Shown piece by piece: positions 10,425-22,313 of a DNA stretch of 32,000 nt. The DNA is from Pseudidiomarina andamanensis (GTDB taxonomy: Bacteria; Pseudomonadota; Gammaproteobacteria; Enterobacterales; Alteromonadaceae), in the NCBI RefSeq assembly GCF_009734345.1, contig NZ_CP032551.1, forward strand, positions 2,220,001 to 2,252,000, written 5' to 3'. Below the pieces are notes generated by a model. It was not told the DNA's origin. It did not search any database and saw only the letters and a list, made by a program, of their open reading frames with translations. Both the position numbers and the translations under genes were made by a program. Within the stretch, counting starts at the first letter, position 1. Each line of letters begins with the position of its first letter.

Positions 10425-12163
10425 CACCAAAACCGAACCGCCGCGCTGTCAAAAAAGCGCAACCACACTTGAGCAAGGGACGTTTTTACTTCGCTTTGCT
10501 GGTGGTGTTTGGCGTGTTTGGAACTTTGGTGGCACGAGCGGCTTACATTCAGCTGATCGAGCCAGAGCGCCTAATCTACGAGGGGGATCTTCGTTCACTT
10601 CGCACAAACGCGACAACGGTGCAACGTGGCAGTATTTTAGACCGCAATGGTCGCGAGTTGGCGGTTAGCGTGCCAGTACAAACTGTTTGGGCAGATCCGA
10701 AACGAGTTCACGAAGGCGATGGCCTAGCCAATCGCGAGCGCTGGTTGGCGTTAGCGGAGGTGTTTCGTACCGATGTAAACGATTTAATGAGCAAAGTGGC
10801 TGACCCAACGCGCCGCTTTGTTTACCTAGAGCGAAAAGTCACCCCAGGTGTCGCGGAATTCGTGCGTCAATTAGATATACCAGGTGTGTATTTAAAAACT
10901 GAATCACGGCGTTTTTATCCCGCCGGTGAAATCGCCGCCCACGTTGTTGGTTTTACCGACATCGATGGCCTTGGAATTGAAGGTCTAGAAGCTATTTACA
11001 ATCAGGTTCTTACCGGCGTGCCCGGTGAGCGAGTTTATCGCAAGGATGCGGCAGGACGGGTTGTTGAAGAAATTCGGGTAACCGAAGCGCAACAACCACA
11101 ACAATTAACGCTGAGTATTGATCAACGCTTGCAATCACTGGCTTATGCCGAAGTCAAAAAGGCCGTGCGCTATCACCAGGCGACTTCTGGCTCGGCAGTG
11201 ATTCTTGACGTGAAAACCGGCGAGGTACTCGCAATGGTCAACAGCCCGTCCTACAACCCAAATAATCGTCATGATTTACAACCGCATAAGTTGCGTAATC
11301 GTGCGATTACCGATGCCTACGAGCCTGGCTCGACCGTGAAACCACTGGCTGTGATTGCAGGTTTAGAAGCCGGTGTTATCAAGCCGAACGACGTGATTAA
11401 TACCAGTCCGGGTTGGTTACGGTTGGGCGGTCGCCGTGTGAGCGATCCGATTAATCGTGGCGAACAAACAATTACACAAATTTTAGAGAACTCTAGCAAC
11501 GTTGGCACTGCCAAAATCGCATTGGCTACGGGTATCAACAATATGTTGGATACTTACGCTGCGGTTGGTTTTGGGAATGACACAGGGGTAGCTATGTTGG
11601 GTGAGAGTTTCGGTATTTTACAAAACCGACAGCGTTGGTCTGATTTTGAAATTGCAACATTGTCGTACGGTTATGGCATGTCGGCGACGACACTGCAGTT
11701 GGCGCAAATGTACGCCATTATTGCCAATGGCGGGAAGCGAGTGCCGTTAACGATTCAACGTCGTGAAGGCACACCTGAAGGTGAGCAAGTCATTTCTGCC
11801 AGTACGGCTGAGACCGTTCTTGGCATGCTGGAAAGCGTCGTGGCAAATGGTTCAGGTAAACGTGCTCAAGTACGAGGCTATCGTGTTGCGGGTAAAACCG
11901 GCACGTCACGTAAAGCAATTGCGGGCGGCTATGGCGAAGAATACGTGACCTTGTTTGCCGGTATTGCACCAGTCAGTAATCCGCGTTTAGCCGTGGTGGT
12001 GACTGTGAACGAACCAAGCGGTGATGAATATTATGGTAGTGAGGTTTCTGCGCCCGTGTTTTCGGAAATTGTAGGTGATGCACTTCGCGTCATGAATATT
12101 CCACCGGATAATTTGGCCGATGCGCAACTAAAAGCAGCTGGTTTCGGAGGTGCAGATGATTGA
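10415..12163 (+). CDS. ftsI: peptidoglycan D,D-transpeptidase FtsI (PBP3)
   Basis: N-terminal TM segment and the transpeptidase motifs STVK ('EPGSTVKPL'), SSN ('ENSSNVG') and KTG ('AGKTGTS'). Confidence 0.95.
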   Translation: MAVTPKPNRRAVKKAQPHLSKGRFYFALLVVFGVFGTLVARAAYIQLIEPERLIYEGDLRSLRTNATTVQRGSILDRNGRELAVSVPVQTVWADPKRVHEGDGLANRERWLALAEVFRTDVNDLMSKVADPTRRFVYLERKVTPGVAEFVRQLDIPGVYLKTESRRFYPAGEIAAHVVGFTDIDGLGIEGLEAIYNQVLTGVPGERVYRKDAAGRVVEEIRVTEAQQPQQLTLSIDQRLQSLAYAEVKKAVRYHQATSGSAVILDVKTGEVLAMVNSPSYNPNNRHDLQPHKLRNRAITDAYEPGSTVKPLAVIAGLEAGVIKPNDVINTSPGWLRLGGRRVSDPINRGEQTITQILENSSNVGTAKIALATGINNMLDTYAAVGFGNDTGVAMLGESFGILQNRQRWSDFEIATLSYGYGMSATTLQLAQMYAIIANGGKRVPLTIQRREGTPEGEQVISASTAETVLGMLESVVANGSGKRAQVRGYRVAGKTGTSRKAIAGGYGEEYVTLFAGIAPVSNPRLAVVVTVNEPSGDEYYGSEVSAPVFSEIVGDALRVMNIPPDNLADAQLKAAGFGGADD

Positions 12164-13646
12164 TCTCATGGCCTTGTTACCAGATTACCCTTTACAACTG
12201 CCCGCTGTGAAAGTGGGCGGGTTGAAGCTCGATAGTCGTCAAGTAGCGGCTAACGATGCATTCGTAGCAGTACCGGGCTATCAGGTAGATGGGCGACAGT
12301 TTATCGACGCGGCGATTGCTGCTGGCGCTGCCGTGGTGTTAGCCGATTCAGAAACGGTTGGCATGGAATTACGCGGTCGCACGTGGGTTATCGAAGTGCC
12401 GCAACTGAAGAATAAATTATCAGACATCGCAGGTCGATTTTTCCATGAGCCGTCACAGGCGCTCGCAGTGATTGGGGTGACCGGTACCAACGGCAAAACC
12501 TCAGTGACTTATATTGCTGCGCAATTACTTGAAACCTTAGGTATTCCGTGTGGCGTTATTGGTACGACTGGTTCGGGATTCCCAGGACGCTTGTTACCCG
12601 AGACGCATACCACGCCAGATGCCATTGCTGTTCAGCATCGATTACACGTGATGCGTAGTGAAGGTGCTCAAGCGGTCGCCATGGAAGTATCATCGCATGC
12701 ATTAGTGCAGCGTCGTGTCGAAGCGCTGCACTTCAAAGTTGGCGTGGCAACTAACATCAGCCGCGACCATCTGGATTATCACGGCACCATGGCGAACTAT
12801 GCAGGTGCAAAACGTCGTCTATTCACTGAGTTAGATACTCAGTTCAGCGTGCTGAATGCCGATGATTCGGCAGTAGCGGCTTGGTTACCGGACCGAACCG
12901 ACAGTTGGCGCTTTAGTTTAACGCCACAAAATGCTGCTCGCAGTATTTGGGCGGAACAGGTCAAGTATGACCACGACGGTACACAATTTAATTTGCATGT
13001 GCGCTATGACGCTGAACACGTAGAAGCAATGCCAGTGCAGTCGCCGTTATTAGGCGGCTTTAACGTCTACAACTTATTAGCTGCCATTGCGGCCGTTGTT
13101 AGCTTAGGGCATGAGCCACAAAAAGTAGCTGCCGCCTGTGCACAATTGCATGCTGTGCCCGGTCGCATGGAAGCCTTCGGCGGTGCCAACGGCAAGCCAT
13201 TAGTCATTGTCGATTACGCGCATACGCCAGATGCCTTACAGCAAGTACTCGGCGCTCTACGTCGTCACTGCGACGGCCAATTATGGTGCGTGTTTGGTTG
13301 TGGTGGTGACCGCGACCGCGGAAAACGTCCGCAAATGGGAGCGGTGGCAGCCGATATGGCTGATCGCGTGATAGTCACTGACGATAACCCACGAACTGAA
13401 CCGCCCGAGCAAATTGTGCAGGATATTGTCGCCGGTATGCCAACGCGCCAACGTGTGCAGATTATTATGGGGCGTGAAAATGCGGTGCGCCAAGTCATCG
13501 CACAAGCGAAAGCCAGCGACGTTGTGCTACTTGCCGGCAAAGGACACGAAGACTATCAGGTGATTGGTCAACAGCGCATCGATTATAACGAACGGGCATT
13601 GGTTGCCGAGATCATGGCCACACGAACTGCGGAGGAGCTCTCATGA
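12156..13646 (+). CDS. murE: UDP-N-acetylmuramoyl-L-alanyl-D-glutamate--2,6-diaminopimelate ligase
   Basis: 'GVTGTNGKTS' P-loop and 'TDDNPRTE' (DNPR, meso-DAP specificity). I preferred the ATG at 12156, which lies 6 nt after GGAGG (12146-12150), over the GTG at 12150. Confidence 0.93.
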   Translation: MIDLMALLPDYPLQLPAVKVGGLKLDSRQVAANDAFVAVPGYQVDGRQFIDAAIAAGAAVVLADSETVGMELRGRTWVIEVPQLKNKLSDIAGRFFHEPSQALAVIGVTGTNGKTSVTYIAAQLLETLGIPCGVIGTTGSGFPGRLLPETHTTPDAIAVQHRLHVMRSEGAQAVAMEVSSHALVQRRVEALHFKVGVATNISRDHLDYHGTMANYAGAKRRLFTELDTQFSVLNADDSAVAAWLPDRTDSWRFSLTPQNAARSIWAEQVKYDHDGTQFNLHVRYDAEHVEAMPVQSPLLGGFNVYNLLAAIAAVVSLGHEPQKVAAACAQLHAVPGRMEAFGGANGKPLVIVDYAHTPDALQQVLGALRRHCDGQLWCVFGCGGDRDRGKRPQMGAVAADMADRVIVTDDNPRTEPPEQIVQDIVAGMPTRQRVQIIMGRENAVRQVIAQAKASDVVLLAGKGHEDYQVIGQQRIDYNERALVAEIMATRTAEELS

Positions 13647-15085
13647 TTCGTATTGACTTAGCATGGATAGCCGCCGCTGTTGAAGGGCGTTTAGTTGGCG
13701 CTAATCGGACCATAAATCAAGTGAGTACCGACACCCGGACGCTGCCAAAAGATTGCTTATTTATTGCGTTGAAAGGGCCGAACTTCGATGCCCATGACTT
13801 CGCCGCTCAAGCATTACAAACAGGTGCCGCGGCACTCATTGTCGAACGCGAATTAACCGACGATGTATGCGCAGCGGCGCCACAAATTATCGTCAATGAC
13901 ACCCGTTATGCATTGGGTTTGCTTGGTGCCGCAGTCAAAGCGAAAGTGGCGCCTAAAACAATTGCAATAACCGGTAGTAGCGGTAAAACCACCGTCAAAG
14001 AAATGTTAGCGGCGATATTACGTCAACGTGGCGAGGTGCTTGCCACAGCAGGCAACTTCAATAATGACATTGGCGTGCCATTAACCCTGCTACGCCTTGA
14101 ACCACAGCATGAATATGCCGTCATTGAGCTAGGTGCGAACCACTTAGGTGAAATTGCGTACACCACCCGTTTAACTCAACCTGATGTAGCCATTATTAAT
14201 AATGTCGCGCCGGCACACGTGGAAGGGTTTGGTGATATTCACGGCGTCTATCGAGCAAAATCTGAGATTTTCCGAGGCTTAGGGCCGCACGGCTTAGCGT
14301 TAACGCCATTTCATTCGCAGTTTGCACAAGGCTGGAAACAGATGTTAGCCGAGATCAAACACGAAACCTTTGGTCGAGTGATTGATGCTGGTGATGAACA
14401 GCCGACAGTGCGCGCATCGAACGTGCAGGTTAATGAACAGGGCTGCGCCGAGTTCGATATCGAACTGACAGGCGAACAGGCGCAAACCGGTCATATTCAG
14501 CTCAGCTTGCCTGGTTTACACAATGTTGACAACGCGCTGGTAGCCATCCGCGCCGCAGTTGCGGTAGGTTGTGCGCTCGCTGATGCCCAAACGGCATTAG
14601 CGCAATTAACGCCGGTTGCTGGACGCTTGAATGTCATTCGATTGAACGACCATATTCAGCTGATTGATGACACCTACAATGCCAATGTTGGGTCAGTTAA
14701 AGCGGCGCTTGACATGCTTGCGGTTTATCCAGGCTATCGCATGATGGTGCTCGGTGATATGGGCGAACTTGGCAGCCAAGCGCGCGAATATCACGAGGAG
14801 GTTGGTGTCTACGCTATTGCCGCAGGTATAGATAACCTCTACACCTTGGGTGTACTGAGTCAAAGTGCGAGCGAAGTCTTTAATGGCCGAGGTGGTCGTC
14901 ACTTTTCAAGTTTTGAGAGTGCCGTTGAAGCGATTATCGAAACCGTGAATCAAGCGGCAGCACCAATTACCATTTTAGTGAAGGGCTCGCGCAGCGCGCG
15001 TATGGAGCGCGTGGTGCAAGCTTTGCAAGAACGTCAGGATGAATTGAAACCAATGACTTCAGAGGAAGGAAAACACGCATGTTAG
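13643..15085 (+). CDS. murF: UDP-N-acetylmuramoyl-tripeptide--D-alanyl-D-alanine ligase
   Basis: '[13 protein letters not shown]', '[10 protein letters not shown]', '[12 protein letters not shown]' are colinear with E. coli MurF. ATGA overlap with murE. The C-terminus extends about 13 aa beyond the E. coli protein. Confidence 0.93.
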   Translation: MIRIDLAWIAAAVEGRLVGANRTINQVSTDTRTLPKDCLFIALKGPNFDAHDFAAQALQTGAAALIVERELTDDVCAAAPQIIVNDTRYALGLLGAAVKAKVAPKTIAITGSSGKTTVKEMLAAILRQRGEVLATAGNFNNDIGVPLTLLRLEPQHEYAVIELGANHLGEIAYTTRLTQPDVAIINNVAPAHVEGFGDIHGVYRAKSEIFRGLGPHGLALTPFHSQFAQGWKQMLAEIKHETFGRVIDAGDEQPTVRASNVQVNEQGCAEFDIELTGEQAQTGHIQLSLPGLHNVDNALVAIRAAVAVGCALADAQTALAQLTPVAGRLNVIRLNDHIQLIDDTYNANVGSVKAALDMLAVYPGYRMMVLGDMGELGSQAREYHEEVGVYAIAAGIDNLYTLGVLSQSASEVFNGRGGRHFSSFESAVEAIIETVNQAAAPITILVKGSRSARMERVVQALQERQDELKPMTSEEGKHAC

Positions 15086-16161
15086 TGTGGTTAGCGGAAT
15101 ACCTAACTCAATTTGCGAGTGCGTTTAACGTTATCTCGTACTTAACCATGCGTGCCATTTTAAGTGTGTTGACCGCATTGTTGATTTCCCTGTGGATGGG
15201 ACCAACGCTCATTAAGTACTTGCAGCGGCTGCAAGTTGGCCAAGCGGTGCGTGATGATGGACCACAAAGCCATTTGAGTAAGGCGGGTACGCCAACCATG
15301 GGCGGTGTTCTGATTATTGCCTCTATCGTGCTCTCAACCTTATTGTGGGCTGATCTTACCAACCACTATGTGCAAGTGGTGTTGGCGGTAGTGCTTGGCT
15401 TTGGTGCTGTCGGCTTTGTCGACGATTACCGTAAAGTCGTACAGAAAAATCCGCGAGGCCTTCCGGCGCGATGGAAATATTTTTGGCAATCACTCATTGC
15501 CACACTCGCCGCTGTCTACCTATACGCGCATGCAACCGTGGGTGCTGAAACACAATTACTGGTGCCATTTTTCAAAGATGTCATGCCGCAACTTGGCCTG
15601 ATGTACATCTTGCTTGCTTATTTCGTCATTGTCGGCACGAGTAACGCGGTGAACCTGACCGATGGCCTGGATGGGTTGGCAATCGTGCCAACTATTATGG
15701 TAGCGGGGGCGCTTGGCGTATTTGCGTATGCCTCGGGTAACGCGAATTTCGCCAGTTACTTGAACATTCCGTTCTTGCCACTCTCAGGTGAGCTGTTGAT
15801 TGTGTGTACCGCTATTTTTGGTGCCGGCTTAGGCTTTCTTTGGTTCAACACCTATCCAGCGATGGTGTTTATGGGCGATGTCGGCTCACTGACCCTCGGC
15901 GCAGCACTTGGCGTGATAGCCGTGATGGTGCGCCAAGAGTTGGTGTTATTCATTATGGGCGGCGTCTTTGTGATGGAAACCTTGAGTGTGATGTTGCAAG
16001 TGGGCTCTTACAAATTGCGCGGTAAACGCGTATTTCGGATGGCGCCTATCCATCATCATTACGAATTGAAAGGCTGGCCAGAGCCACGCGTTATCGTGCG
16101 CTTTTGGATATTAAGTTTGGTGTTTGTATTGATTGGTTTAGCAACCTTGAAGCTGAGATAA
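15079..16161 (+). CDS. mraY: phospho-N-acetylmuramoyl-pentapeptide transferase
   Basis: 360 aa polytopic membrane protein with '[13 protein letters not shown]' and '[11 protein letters not shown]'. Confidence 0.96.
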   Translation: MLVWLAEYLTQFASAFNVISYLTMRAILSVLTALLISLWMGPTLIKYLQRLQVGQAVRDDGPQSHLSKAGTPTMGGVLIIASIVLSTLLWADLTNHYVQVVLAVVLGFGAVGFVDDYRKVVQKNPRGLPARWKYFWQSLIATLAAVYLYAHATVGAETQLLVPFFKDVMPQLGLMYILLAYFVIVGTSNAVNLTDGLDGLAIVPTIMVAGALGVFAYASGNANFASYLNIPFLPLSGELLIVCTAIFGAGLGFLWFNTYPAMVFMGDVGSLTLGAALGVIAVMVRQELVLFIMGGVFVMETLSVMLQVGSYKLRGKRVFRMAPIHHHYELKGWPEPRVIVRFWILSLVFVLIGLATLKLR

Positions 16162-16164
16162 ACA

Positions 16165-17529
16165 ATGAAACTAGCAGCATTAGATACATATGAAGCAATT
16201 GGTGTGGTCGGTCTTGGCCAAACTGGGTTGTCGTGTGTGCGCTATTTGCTGCAACGTGATATTGCCCCAATCATCTTTGATACCCGCGCTGAGCCACCGG
16301 GTTTAAAAGAGTTAGCCGAACTTCATGCAGAGCTAGAAATTCATACTGGACCGCTGCAACTAGAACACATTCTCGCAATGGATTTACTCATTGTGAGCCC
16401 CGGCGTCGATTTGCGAACGCCGGCTTTGCAGTTAGCGAGCGATGCGGCTATTCCAGTGATTGGCGATATGGATTTATTTGCACGGCATGCCAATAAACCA
16501 GTTCTTGGTATTACCGGGTCAAACGGCAAATCGACGGTGACGCGCTTGGTCACAGATTTATTGACCGCAGCCGGTAAAAAGGTCGCCATGGGCGGCAATA
16601 TCGGTGTGCCGGTGCTTGATCTAGTTGGGCAACCGGCCGATGTGTTTGTGCTGGAACTATCAAGTTTCCAACTTGAGCTGATGCACGATTTACATTTACG
16701 CGGCGGCACCATCTTGAACATTAGTGACGACCATATGGATCGTTACAGCGACTTACGTGATTACAGCAACGCGAAACATCGTATCTACAACCGCGTCGAT
16801 GTTGCTATTTGGAACCGCGAACAGGAAATGACCGCGCCATCGTTAGTTCCACTCAATGCTCAGTTAACGTTTGGCTTGTCGCCAAGCAGTGAACACGGCC
16901 CCGATCAATTCGGACTGACCGAAGAGGACGGCGAATTTGCCATTAGCTTTGCCGGAGAGCCGTTGTTAAAAGCAAGCGAGTTACAATTGACGGGCGTGCA
17001 TAACTTATTAAATGTGCAGGCTGCGCTAGCTCTGGTTTATGCCTATGGTGTCGACCCACATGAGATACTTGATGCCGCACGTAACTTCAAAGGCTTGCCG
17101 CACCGCTGCGAACTGGTTGGTGAATATCAGCAAGTGCAATGGGTCAATGATTCAAAAGCGACCAACATTGGTGCCGCTGAAGCGGCTATCTTTGGCACCC
17201 GCCAGTTGGTAAAGGGTAAGCTGATTTTGATTGCTGGCGGTGACGGCAAGGGCGCAGATTTCGCACACTTCCGTGCCGCACTCAAGCAAGTTGACGTGGT
17301 GATTGTGCTCGGCAAAGACGGCGAGCGTATTGCCAATCAAGTTGAACATGCAGTGCGAGTTAAAACACTTGAAGAAGCCGTAGCAACAGCTGCAGAGTTA
17401 GCAACGCCGAACAGCATGGTGTTGTTGTCTCCAGCCTGTGCCAGTTTAGATATGTTTAAGAACTATGAGCAGCGGGGCGAAAAATTCCGCGCTGCAGTGG
17501 AGGCCCATTATGGTCGCAAGAGCGCATAA
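16165..17529 (+). CDS. murD: UDP-N-acetylmuramoylalanine--D-glutamate ligase
   Basis: 'GITGSNGKSTV' P-loop, Mur ligase architecture, canonical position in the cluster. Confidence 0.93.
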   Translation: MKLAALDTYEAIGVVGLGQTGLSCVRYLLQRDIAPIIFDTRAEPPGLKELAELHAELEIHTGPLQLEHILAMDLLIVSPGVDLRTPALQLASDAAIPVIGDMDLFARHANKPVLGITGSNGKSTVTRLVTDLLTAAGKKVAMGGNIGVPVLDLVGQPADVFVLELSSFQLELMHDLHLRGGTILNISDDHMDRYSDLRDYSNAKHRIYNRVDVAIWNREQEMTAPSLVPLNAQLTFGLSPSSEHGPDQFGLTEEDGEFAISFAGEPLLKASELQLTGVHNLLNVQAALALVYAYGVDPHEILDAARNFKGLPHRCELVGEYQQVQWVNDSKATNIGAAEAAIFGTRQLVKGKLILIAGGDGKGADFAHFRAALKQVDVVIVLGKDGERIANQVEHAVRVKTLEEAVATAAELATPNSMVLLSPACASLDMFKNYEQRGEKFRAAVEAHYGRKSA

Positions 17530-18796
17530 AGTGCGTACCTCAAATAGTACTGAGCAACAGCTGGAACTTGGTATCCAGCCGTCGCTTGATGCTTTGAGTG
17601 TATCGCCATGGCTGCGTTGGCGCGATTGGTGGGTAGGTAAAGACAGCACCTTATTGTATGACCGCATGTTGTTGTGGTTAACACTCGCATTAATTGCAAT
17701 TGGCTTGGTGATGGTGACGTCAGCTTCGTTTCCTGTTGCTGAACGTCTCACCGGCAATCCGTTCCACTTCATGATCCGGCATGGATTCTATGTGGCACTG
17801 GGAATTGCGTTGTTGATCACGGTTATTCAGATACCAATTCAATGGTGGTCGGCAGGCAGTGGCGTCCTTCTTCTCATCTCGATGGGAATGTTGTTCATGG
17901 TTTTGTTCATTGGCCACGAAGTCAACGGTGCCAAACGTTGGATCAAATTAGGCCCACTAACACTGCAAGTAGCCGAAGTCGCTAAGTTGTTTTTTGTTAT
18001 CTACATGTCGAGCTATCTGACTCGTCGTGTGGGTGAAGTTCAGGAAAACCTAAAAGGTTTCTTAAAGCCCTTGGTGGTTTTGTTCTGCTTCGCTGGTCTT
18101 CTGCTACTTCAGCCGGATTTTGGCTCGCTCGTAGTCATGTCATGTATTGCGGTTGGCATGTTATTTCTTGCAGGCGCGCGTCTATGGCAGTTTTTTGGCG
18201 TGATGATCGCATTTGCCTTAGCCATTGTGTTGCTGATTGTGAAAGAACCGTATCGGATGCGTCGAGTTATCTCTTTCTTAGACCCGTGGGAAGATCCATT
18301 CGGCAGTGGTTATCAGCTCACGCAGTCGTTAATGGCATTTGGTCGCGGCGATTGGTTTGGTCAAGGCCTCGGTAACAGTATTCAAAAGTTGCAATATCTG
18401 CCAGAAGCTCATACTGACTTTATTATGGCTGTGGTTGGCGAAGAGCTCGGATTCTTCGGTATTGTGCTCATTCTGGTACTGTCGTTTGCATTGGTGATTC
18501 GTACCATGCACTTAGGACAAAAAGCGCTTCACGCAGGGCATCAATACGGTGGCTTTGTGGCCTATGGTATTGGTATCTGGTTTGCCTTCCAAGCGATGGT
18601 CAATATTGGTGCTGCAGCGGGCATACTGCCAACCAAAGGCTTGACCTTACCGTTGATTAGTTACGGCGGTACCAGCTTGCTTATCAGTTGTGTCGCTATT
18701 GGCATTCTATTGCGCGTGGATTACGAAGTGCGTGTTAGCCAAATCAAAGTAGCACCGCGTCGGCGTAGCGTAACCAAAGCCGGAGGTGCCGCATGA
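17510..18796 (+). CDS. ftsW: peptidoglycan glycosyltransferase FtsW (SEDS family)
   Basis: 'YDRMLLWLTLALIAIGLVMVTSAS', 'GSGYQLTQSLMAFGRG', 'LPEAHTDFI', 'LPTKGLTLPLISYGG'. Start set to the ATG at 17510, which lies 7 nt after GGAGG and overlaps murD by 20 nt. The ORF-track start at 17465 is less likely. Confidence 0.9.
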   Translation: MVARAHKVRTSNSTEQQLELGIQPSLDALSVSPWLRWRDWWVGKDSTLLYDRMLLWLTLALIAIGLVMVTSASFPVAERLTGNPFHFMIRHGFYVALGIALLITVIQIPIQWWSAGSGVLLLISMGMLFMVLFIGHEVNGAKRWIKLGPLTLQVAEVAKLFFVIYMSSYLTRRVGEVQENLKGFLKPLVVLFCFAGLLLLQPDFGSLVVMSCIAVGMLFLAGARLWQFFGVMIAFALAIVLLIVKEPYRMRRVISFLDPWEDPFGSGYQLTQSLMAFGRGDWFGQGLGNSIQKLQYLPEAHTDFIMAVVGEELGFFGIVLILVLSFALVIRTMHLGQKALHAGHQYGGFVAYGIGIWFAFQAMVNIGAAAGILPTKGLTLPLISYGGTSLLISCVAIGILLRVDYEVRVSQIKVAPRRRSVTKAGGAA

Positions 18797-19899
18797 ATCG
18801 TGTGATGATTGCTGCGGCCGGCACCGGTGGCCATGTTTTTCCAGCACTCGCAGTGGCAGAGCAGCTGCGTGGTTATGGCTGGGAGGTTGTGTGGTTAGGT
18901 ACGACCGAACAGCGCTTAGAAAGTAAAGTTGTGCCAGCAGCAGGCTTCAAGCTTGAGCAAATCACCATGCAGGGTGTTCGCGGTCATGGTTTGATTCGGA
19001 AATTGGGTACGCCGTGGCGATTATTTAAGGCATTTCGTCAATGTCGACACTTGCTTAAAGCGCACCAATCGCAGTTGCTTTTGTCGTTCGGAGGCTACGT
19101 GTGTGGCCCTGCCGGACTCGCGGCGCGATCACTTGGTATTCCGCTATTAGTGCATGAGCAGAATGCCGTTGCGGGGCTGACGAACAAAATACTCGCGCGT
19201 ATAGCCCAGCATGTGATGGTCGGCTTTGCTGCAGCAAAGGCCCAGTTGCCAGACGCTGAAGTAGTTGGTAACCCATTACGTGCAGACTGGTTGAAGCCTC
19301 TAGAAGCAAGAGAATCTAGCGAGAGTGTGCGCTTACTTATTGTTGGCGGTAGTCTTGGGGCCCAAGCATTGAATGAGGCGGTTCCAGCAGCCGTTTCACA
19401 GTTAGATGCTGAACTTCAGCAGAAACTTAGCGTCCACCACCAATGCGGTGTCGGTCGTAGCGCTGACGTAAAGCAGGCCTATGCTTCAGCGAACGTTGTT
19501 TCACTAGAAGTTGAAGATTTTATTCATGACATGCACAGCGCATACAGCAACGCCGATATCGTCATTTGTCGTGCTGGTGCGTTAACCGTTGCCGAGCTGG
19601 CTGTTGTCGGAACACCAGCGATTTTTGTGCCGTTACCGCATGCCGTGGATGATCACCAAACGGCGAACGCCAATGAGCTCGTGCGAGCAGGTGCTGCGCG
19701 GTTATTACCGCAAAGTCAGTTAAAAGAAATAACGCCTTTGGTGCAACTGTTAACTGAATTAGTACGCGACCGTGAAGGGCGCGAAGTCATGCGAAAAAAT
19801 GCAGCACAAGCTGCTTATCCAAATGCAACAGAGGCGGTAGTTAGCCAATGTGAGCGTTGGGCAAATCCAGAACAAATAAACGTAGGCAAAGAGCAATGA
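18793..19899 (+). CDS. murG: UDP-N-acetylglucosamine--N-acetylmuramyl-(pentapeptide) pyrophosphoryl-undecaprenol N-acetylglucosamine transferase
   Basis: '[18 protein letters not shown]' and '[10 protein letters not shown]'. ATGA overlap with ftsW. Confidence 0.94.
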   Translation: MNRVMIAAAGTGGHVFPALAVAEQLRGYGWEVVWLGTTEQRLESKVVPAAGFKLEQITMQGVRGHGLIRKLGTPWRLFKAFRQCRHLLKAHQSQLLLSFGGYVCGPAGLAARSLGIPLLVHEQNAVAGLTNKILARIAQHVMVGFAAAKAQLPDAEVVGNPLRADWLKPLEARESSESVRLLIVGGSLGAQALNEAVPAAVSQLDAELQQKLSVHHQCGVGRSADVKQAYASANVVSLEVEDFIHDMHSAYSNADIVICRAGALTVAELAVVGTPAIFVPLPHAVDDHQTANANELVRAGAARLLPQSQLKEITPLVQLLTELVRDREGREVMRKNAAQAAYPNATEAVVSQCERWANPEQINVGKEQ

Positions 19900-21389
19900 A
19901 GCAAGAGAAGTTAGCCCCATTTACAGTGGTCAGTGTGCCGGAAATGCGTCGCGTACGTCGCATTCATTTTGTCGGCATCGGTGGCGCCGGTATGGGTGGT
20001 ATTGCTGAAGTATTGCTGAATCAAGGCTACACCATTGCCGGCTCAGATATCGCTGAAAATGCGAATACACAACGATTACGTCATTTCGGTGCCGAAATTT
20101 TTATCGGTCATGCCGCCGAAAATATTCAAGGCGCCGACGTGATTGTCGTTTCGTCTGCGATTAAAGCTGATAATCCAGAACTCGTTGCTGCAAAAGAGCA
20201 GATGATTCCACAAGTACGACGTGCTGAAATGCTGGCAGAACTCATGCGGTTCCGCCATGGCGTGGCGATTGCCGGTACTCATGGTAAAACCACCACCACA
20301 AGCCTAATTGCTAGTGTATTTGCTGAAGCAGAATTAGATCCAACCTTTGTGATTGGTGGTTTGCTCAATAGTGCTGGTACCAATGCTCGCTTGGGTACTA
20401 GTAAATACTTGATTGCGGAAGCGGATGAATCCGACGCTTCGTTTTTGCACTTGCAGCCAATGGTTTCGGTAGTCACCAATATTGAAGCGGACCATATGGA
20501 TACTTATGGTGGCGACTTTAATAAACTTCTAGATACCTATGTGGATTTTCTTCACAACCTTCCGTTTTACGGTTTAGCGGTGATGTGCGTTGATGACCCG
20601 GTCGTCCGCGATCTACTGCCACGTGTCGGTCGTCAAATTATCACATATGGTTTTAGCGATGATGCCGAAGTGCGGGGCGCTAACTACAAGCAAAACGGTG
20701 GACAAAGTTCGTTTACGGTTTATCGAAATGGCTATGAACCTTTGCATGTCACCGTGAATCTACCAGGTAAACATAATGCTTTGAATGCATTAGCCGCTAT
20801 CGCTGTGGCGACCGACGAAGGCGTCAGCGATGACGCAATTATCGCAGCACTCGAGAAATTTGGTGGTATTGGGCGCCGCTTTGAGCACCTTGGTGCGTTT
20901 GCATGTGAACAGGACAGCTCGGTAGGCGATGTGTTGTTAGTTGATGACTACGGGCATCATCCGTCTGAAGTGGCTGTGACAATTGCCGCAGCACGAGCTG
21001 GTTGGCCTGACCGCCGCATTGTTATGGCATTTCAACCACACCGCTATTCACGAACACGCGATTTATTTGATGATTTCGTGAATGTATTAAGCGAAGTTGA
21101 TATGTTGTTACTGTTGGATGTGTATAGTGCCGGCGAAGCGCCAGTAACGGGTGCCGATAGTCGAGCGTTGGCTCGCGCTATTCGTATGCGTGGACAAATG
21201 GAACCGATTTATGTGGGTGACCGTGCGTCTCTGTACAAAGTGTTAGCGGATGTGTTGCAACCGAATGATATGTTGCTGGCGCAAGGTGCCGGAAACATTG
21301 GTGCGATTGCACGCGATTTAGTAGCCACGCAGTTAGCGCCAACCGAGTTGCGTCAAAAAGCCGATGAGCTGCAAGGAGAAACGAAGTAA
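19896..21389 (+). CDS. murC: UDP-N-acetylmuramate--L-alanine ligase
   Basis: '[15 protein letters not shown]' and '[12 protein letters not shown]'. The ATG at 19896 forms an ATGA overlap with the murG stop. Trimmed from the ORF-track start at 19857. Confidence 0.94.
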   Translation: MKQEKLAPFTVVSVPEMRRVRRIHFVGIGGAGMGGIAEVLLNQGYTIAGSDIAENANTQRLRHFGAEIFIGHAAENIQGADVIVVSSAIKADNPELVAAKEQMIPQVRRAEMLAELMRFRHGVAIAGTHGKTTTTSLIASVFAEAELDPTFVIGGLLNSAGTNARLGTSKYLIAEADESDASFLHLQPMVSVVTNIEADHMDTYGGDFNKLLDTYVDFLHNLPFYGLAVMCVDDPVVRDLLPRVGRQIITYGFSDDAEVRGANYKQNGGQSSFTVYRNGYEPLHVTVNLPGKHNALNALAAIAVATDEGVSDDAIIAALEKFGGIGRRFEHLGAFACEQDSSVGDVLLVDDYGHHPSEVAVTIAAARAGWPDRRIVMAFQPHRYSRTRDLFDDFVNVLSEVDMLLLLDVYSAGEAPVTGADSRALARAIRMRGQMEPIYVGDRASLYKVLADVLQPNDMLLAQGAGNIGAIARDLVATQLAPTELRQKADELQGETK

Positions 21390-22312
21390 TGGTAGCGAAA
21401 ACAGAGTTTGGCAAAGTCGCTGTGTTGTACGGCGGCCATTCAGCAGAGCGAGAAGTATCGATACGCTCGGGCCAGGCCGTTCTCGCCGCATTGCAAGCGC
21501 AGGGCGTTAATGCACATGGATTTGACCCGGCAGCGCAGCCGCTCACAACTTTAGTCGAGCAACAATTTAACCGTGCGTTTATTGTTTTGCACGGCCGCGG
21601 TGGTGAAGATGGCACTATTCAAGGTGCGCTTGAATATATGGGCATTCCTTACACTGGAAGCGGTGTGTTAGGGTGCGCGCTAGCAATGGATAAGGTTCGT
21701 ACCAAACAAGTTTGGCAGTCGGCTGGTTTACCGGTTGCGCAAAGTGCGGTGATTGCGCGCGGTCGCCCAGTGGATTGGCAAGCGTTGATCACCGATTTAG
21801 GTGGCAAGGTGATGGTAAAGCCAGCACAAGAAGGCAGCAGTATTGGTATGAGCCCAGCTCGCAATGCCACCGAACTTGAACAGGCTGTGGCATTAGCACA
21901 CAAGTATGATCGCGAGGCATTAGTTGAGAGCTGGCTCAGTGGCCCAGAGTACACGGTGTCGATTTTAGGCGACCAAGCATTGCCGGCAATACGCGTGCAA
22001 TCGACGCACGAATTTTATGACTACGATGCGAAGTACCAAGCTGGCGACACGCAGTACCACTGCCCTGCAGGCTTATGCGAACTCGAGGAGCGCGCATTAG
22101 AGCAACTGGCGGTAACCGCATTTCATGCTGTGGGCGGCAAAGGTTGGGGACGTATTGACGTGATGTGCGACCACAACGGGAATTTTAAGTTACTTGAAGC
22201 GAATATGGTGCCGGGTATGACCACCAAGAGCTTAGTGCCCATGGCTGCAAAAGCCATTGGTATGAGTTTTGAGCAATTGGTGATGCGCATTCTCGAACTT
22301 AGCGAGGTGTAG
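21389..22312 (+). CDS. ddl: D-alanine--D-alanine ligase
   Basis: ATP-grasp fold with 'VLYGGHSAEREVS', 'PYTGSGV' and 'LLEANMVPGMT'. TAATG overlap with murC, with the SD AAGGAG upstream. Confidence 0.94.
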   Translation: MVAKTEFGKVAVLYGGHSAEREVSIRSGQAVLAALQAQGVNAHGFDPAAQPLTTLVEQQFNRAFIVLHGRGGEDGTIQGALEYMGIPYTGSGVLGCALAMDKVRTKQVWQSAGLPVAQSAVIARGRPVDWQALITDLGGKVMVKPAQEGSSIGMSPARNATELEQAVALAHKYDREALVESWLSGPEYTVSILGDQALPAIRVQSTHEFYDYDAKYQAGDTQYHCPAGLCELEERALEQLAVTAFHAVGGKGWGRIDVMCDHNGNFKLLEANMVPGMTTKSLVPMAAKAIGMSFEQLVMRILELSEV

Positions 22313-22313
22313 T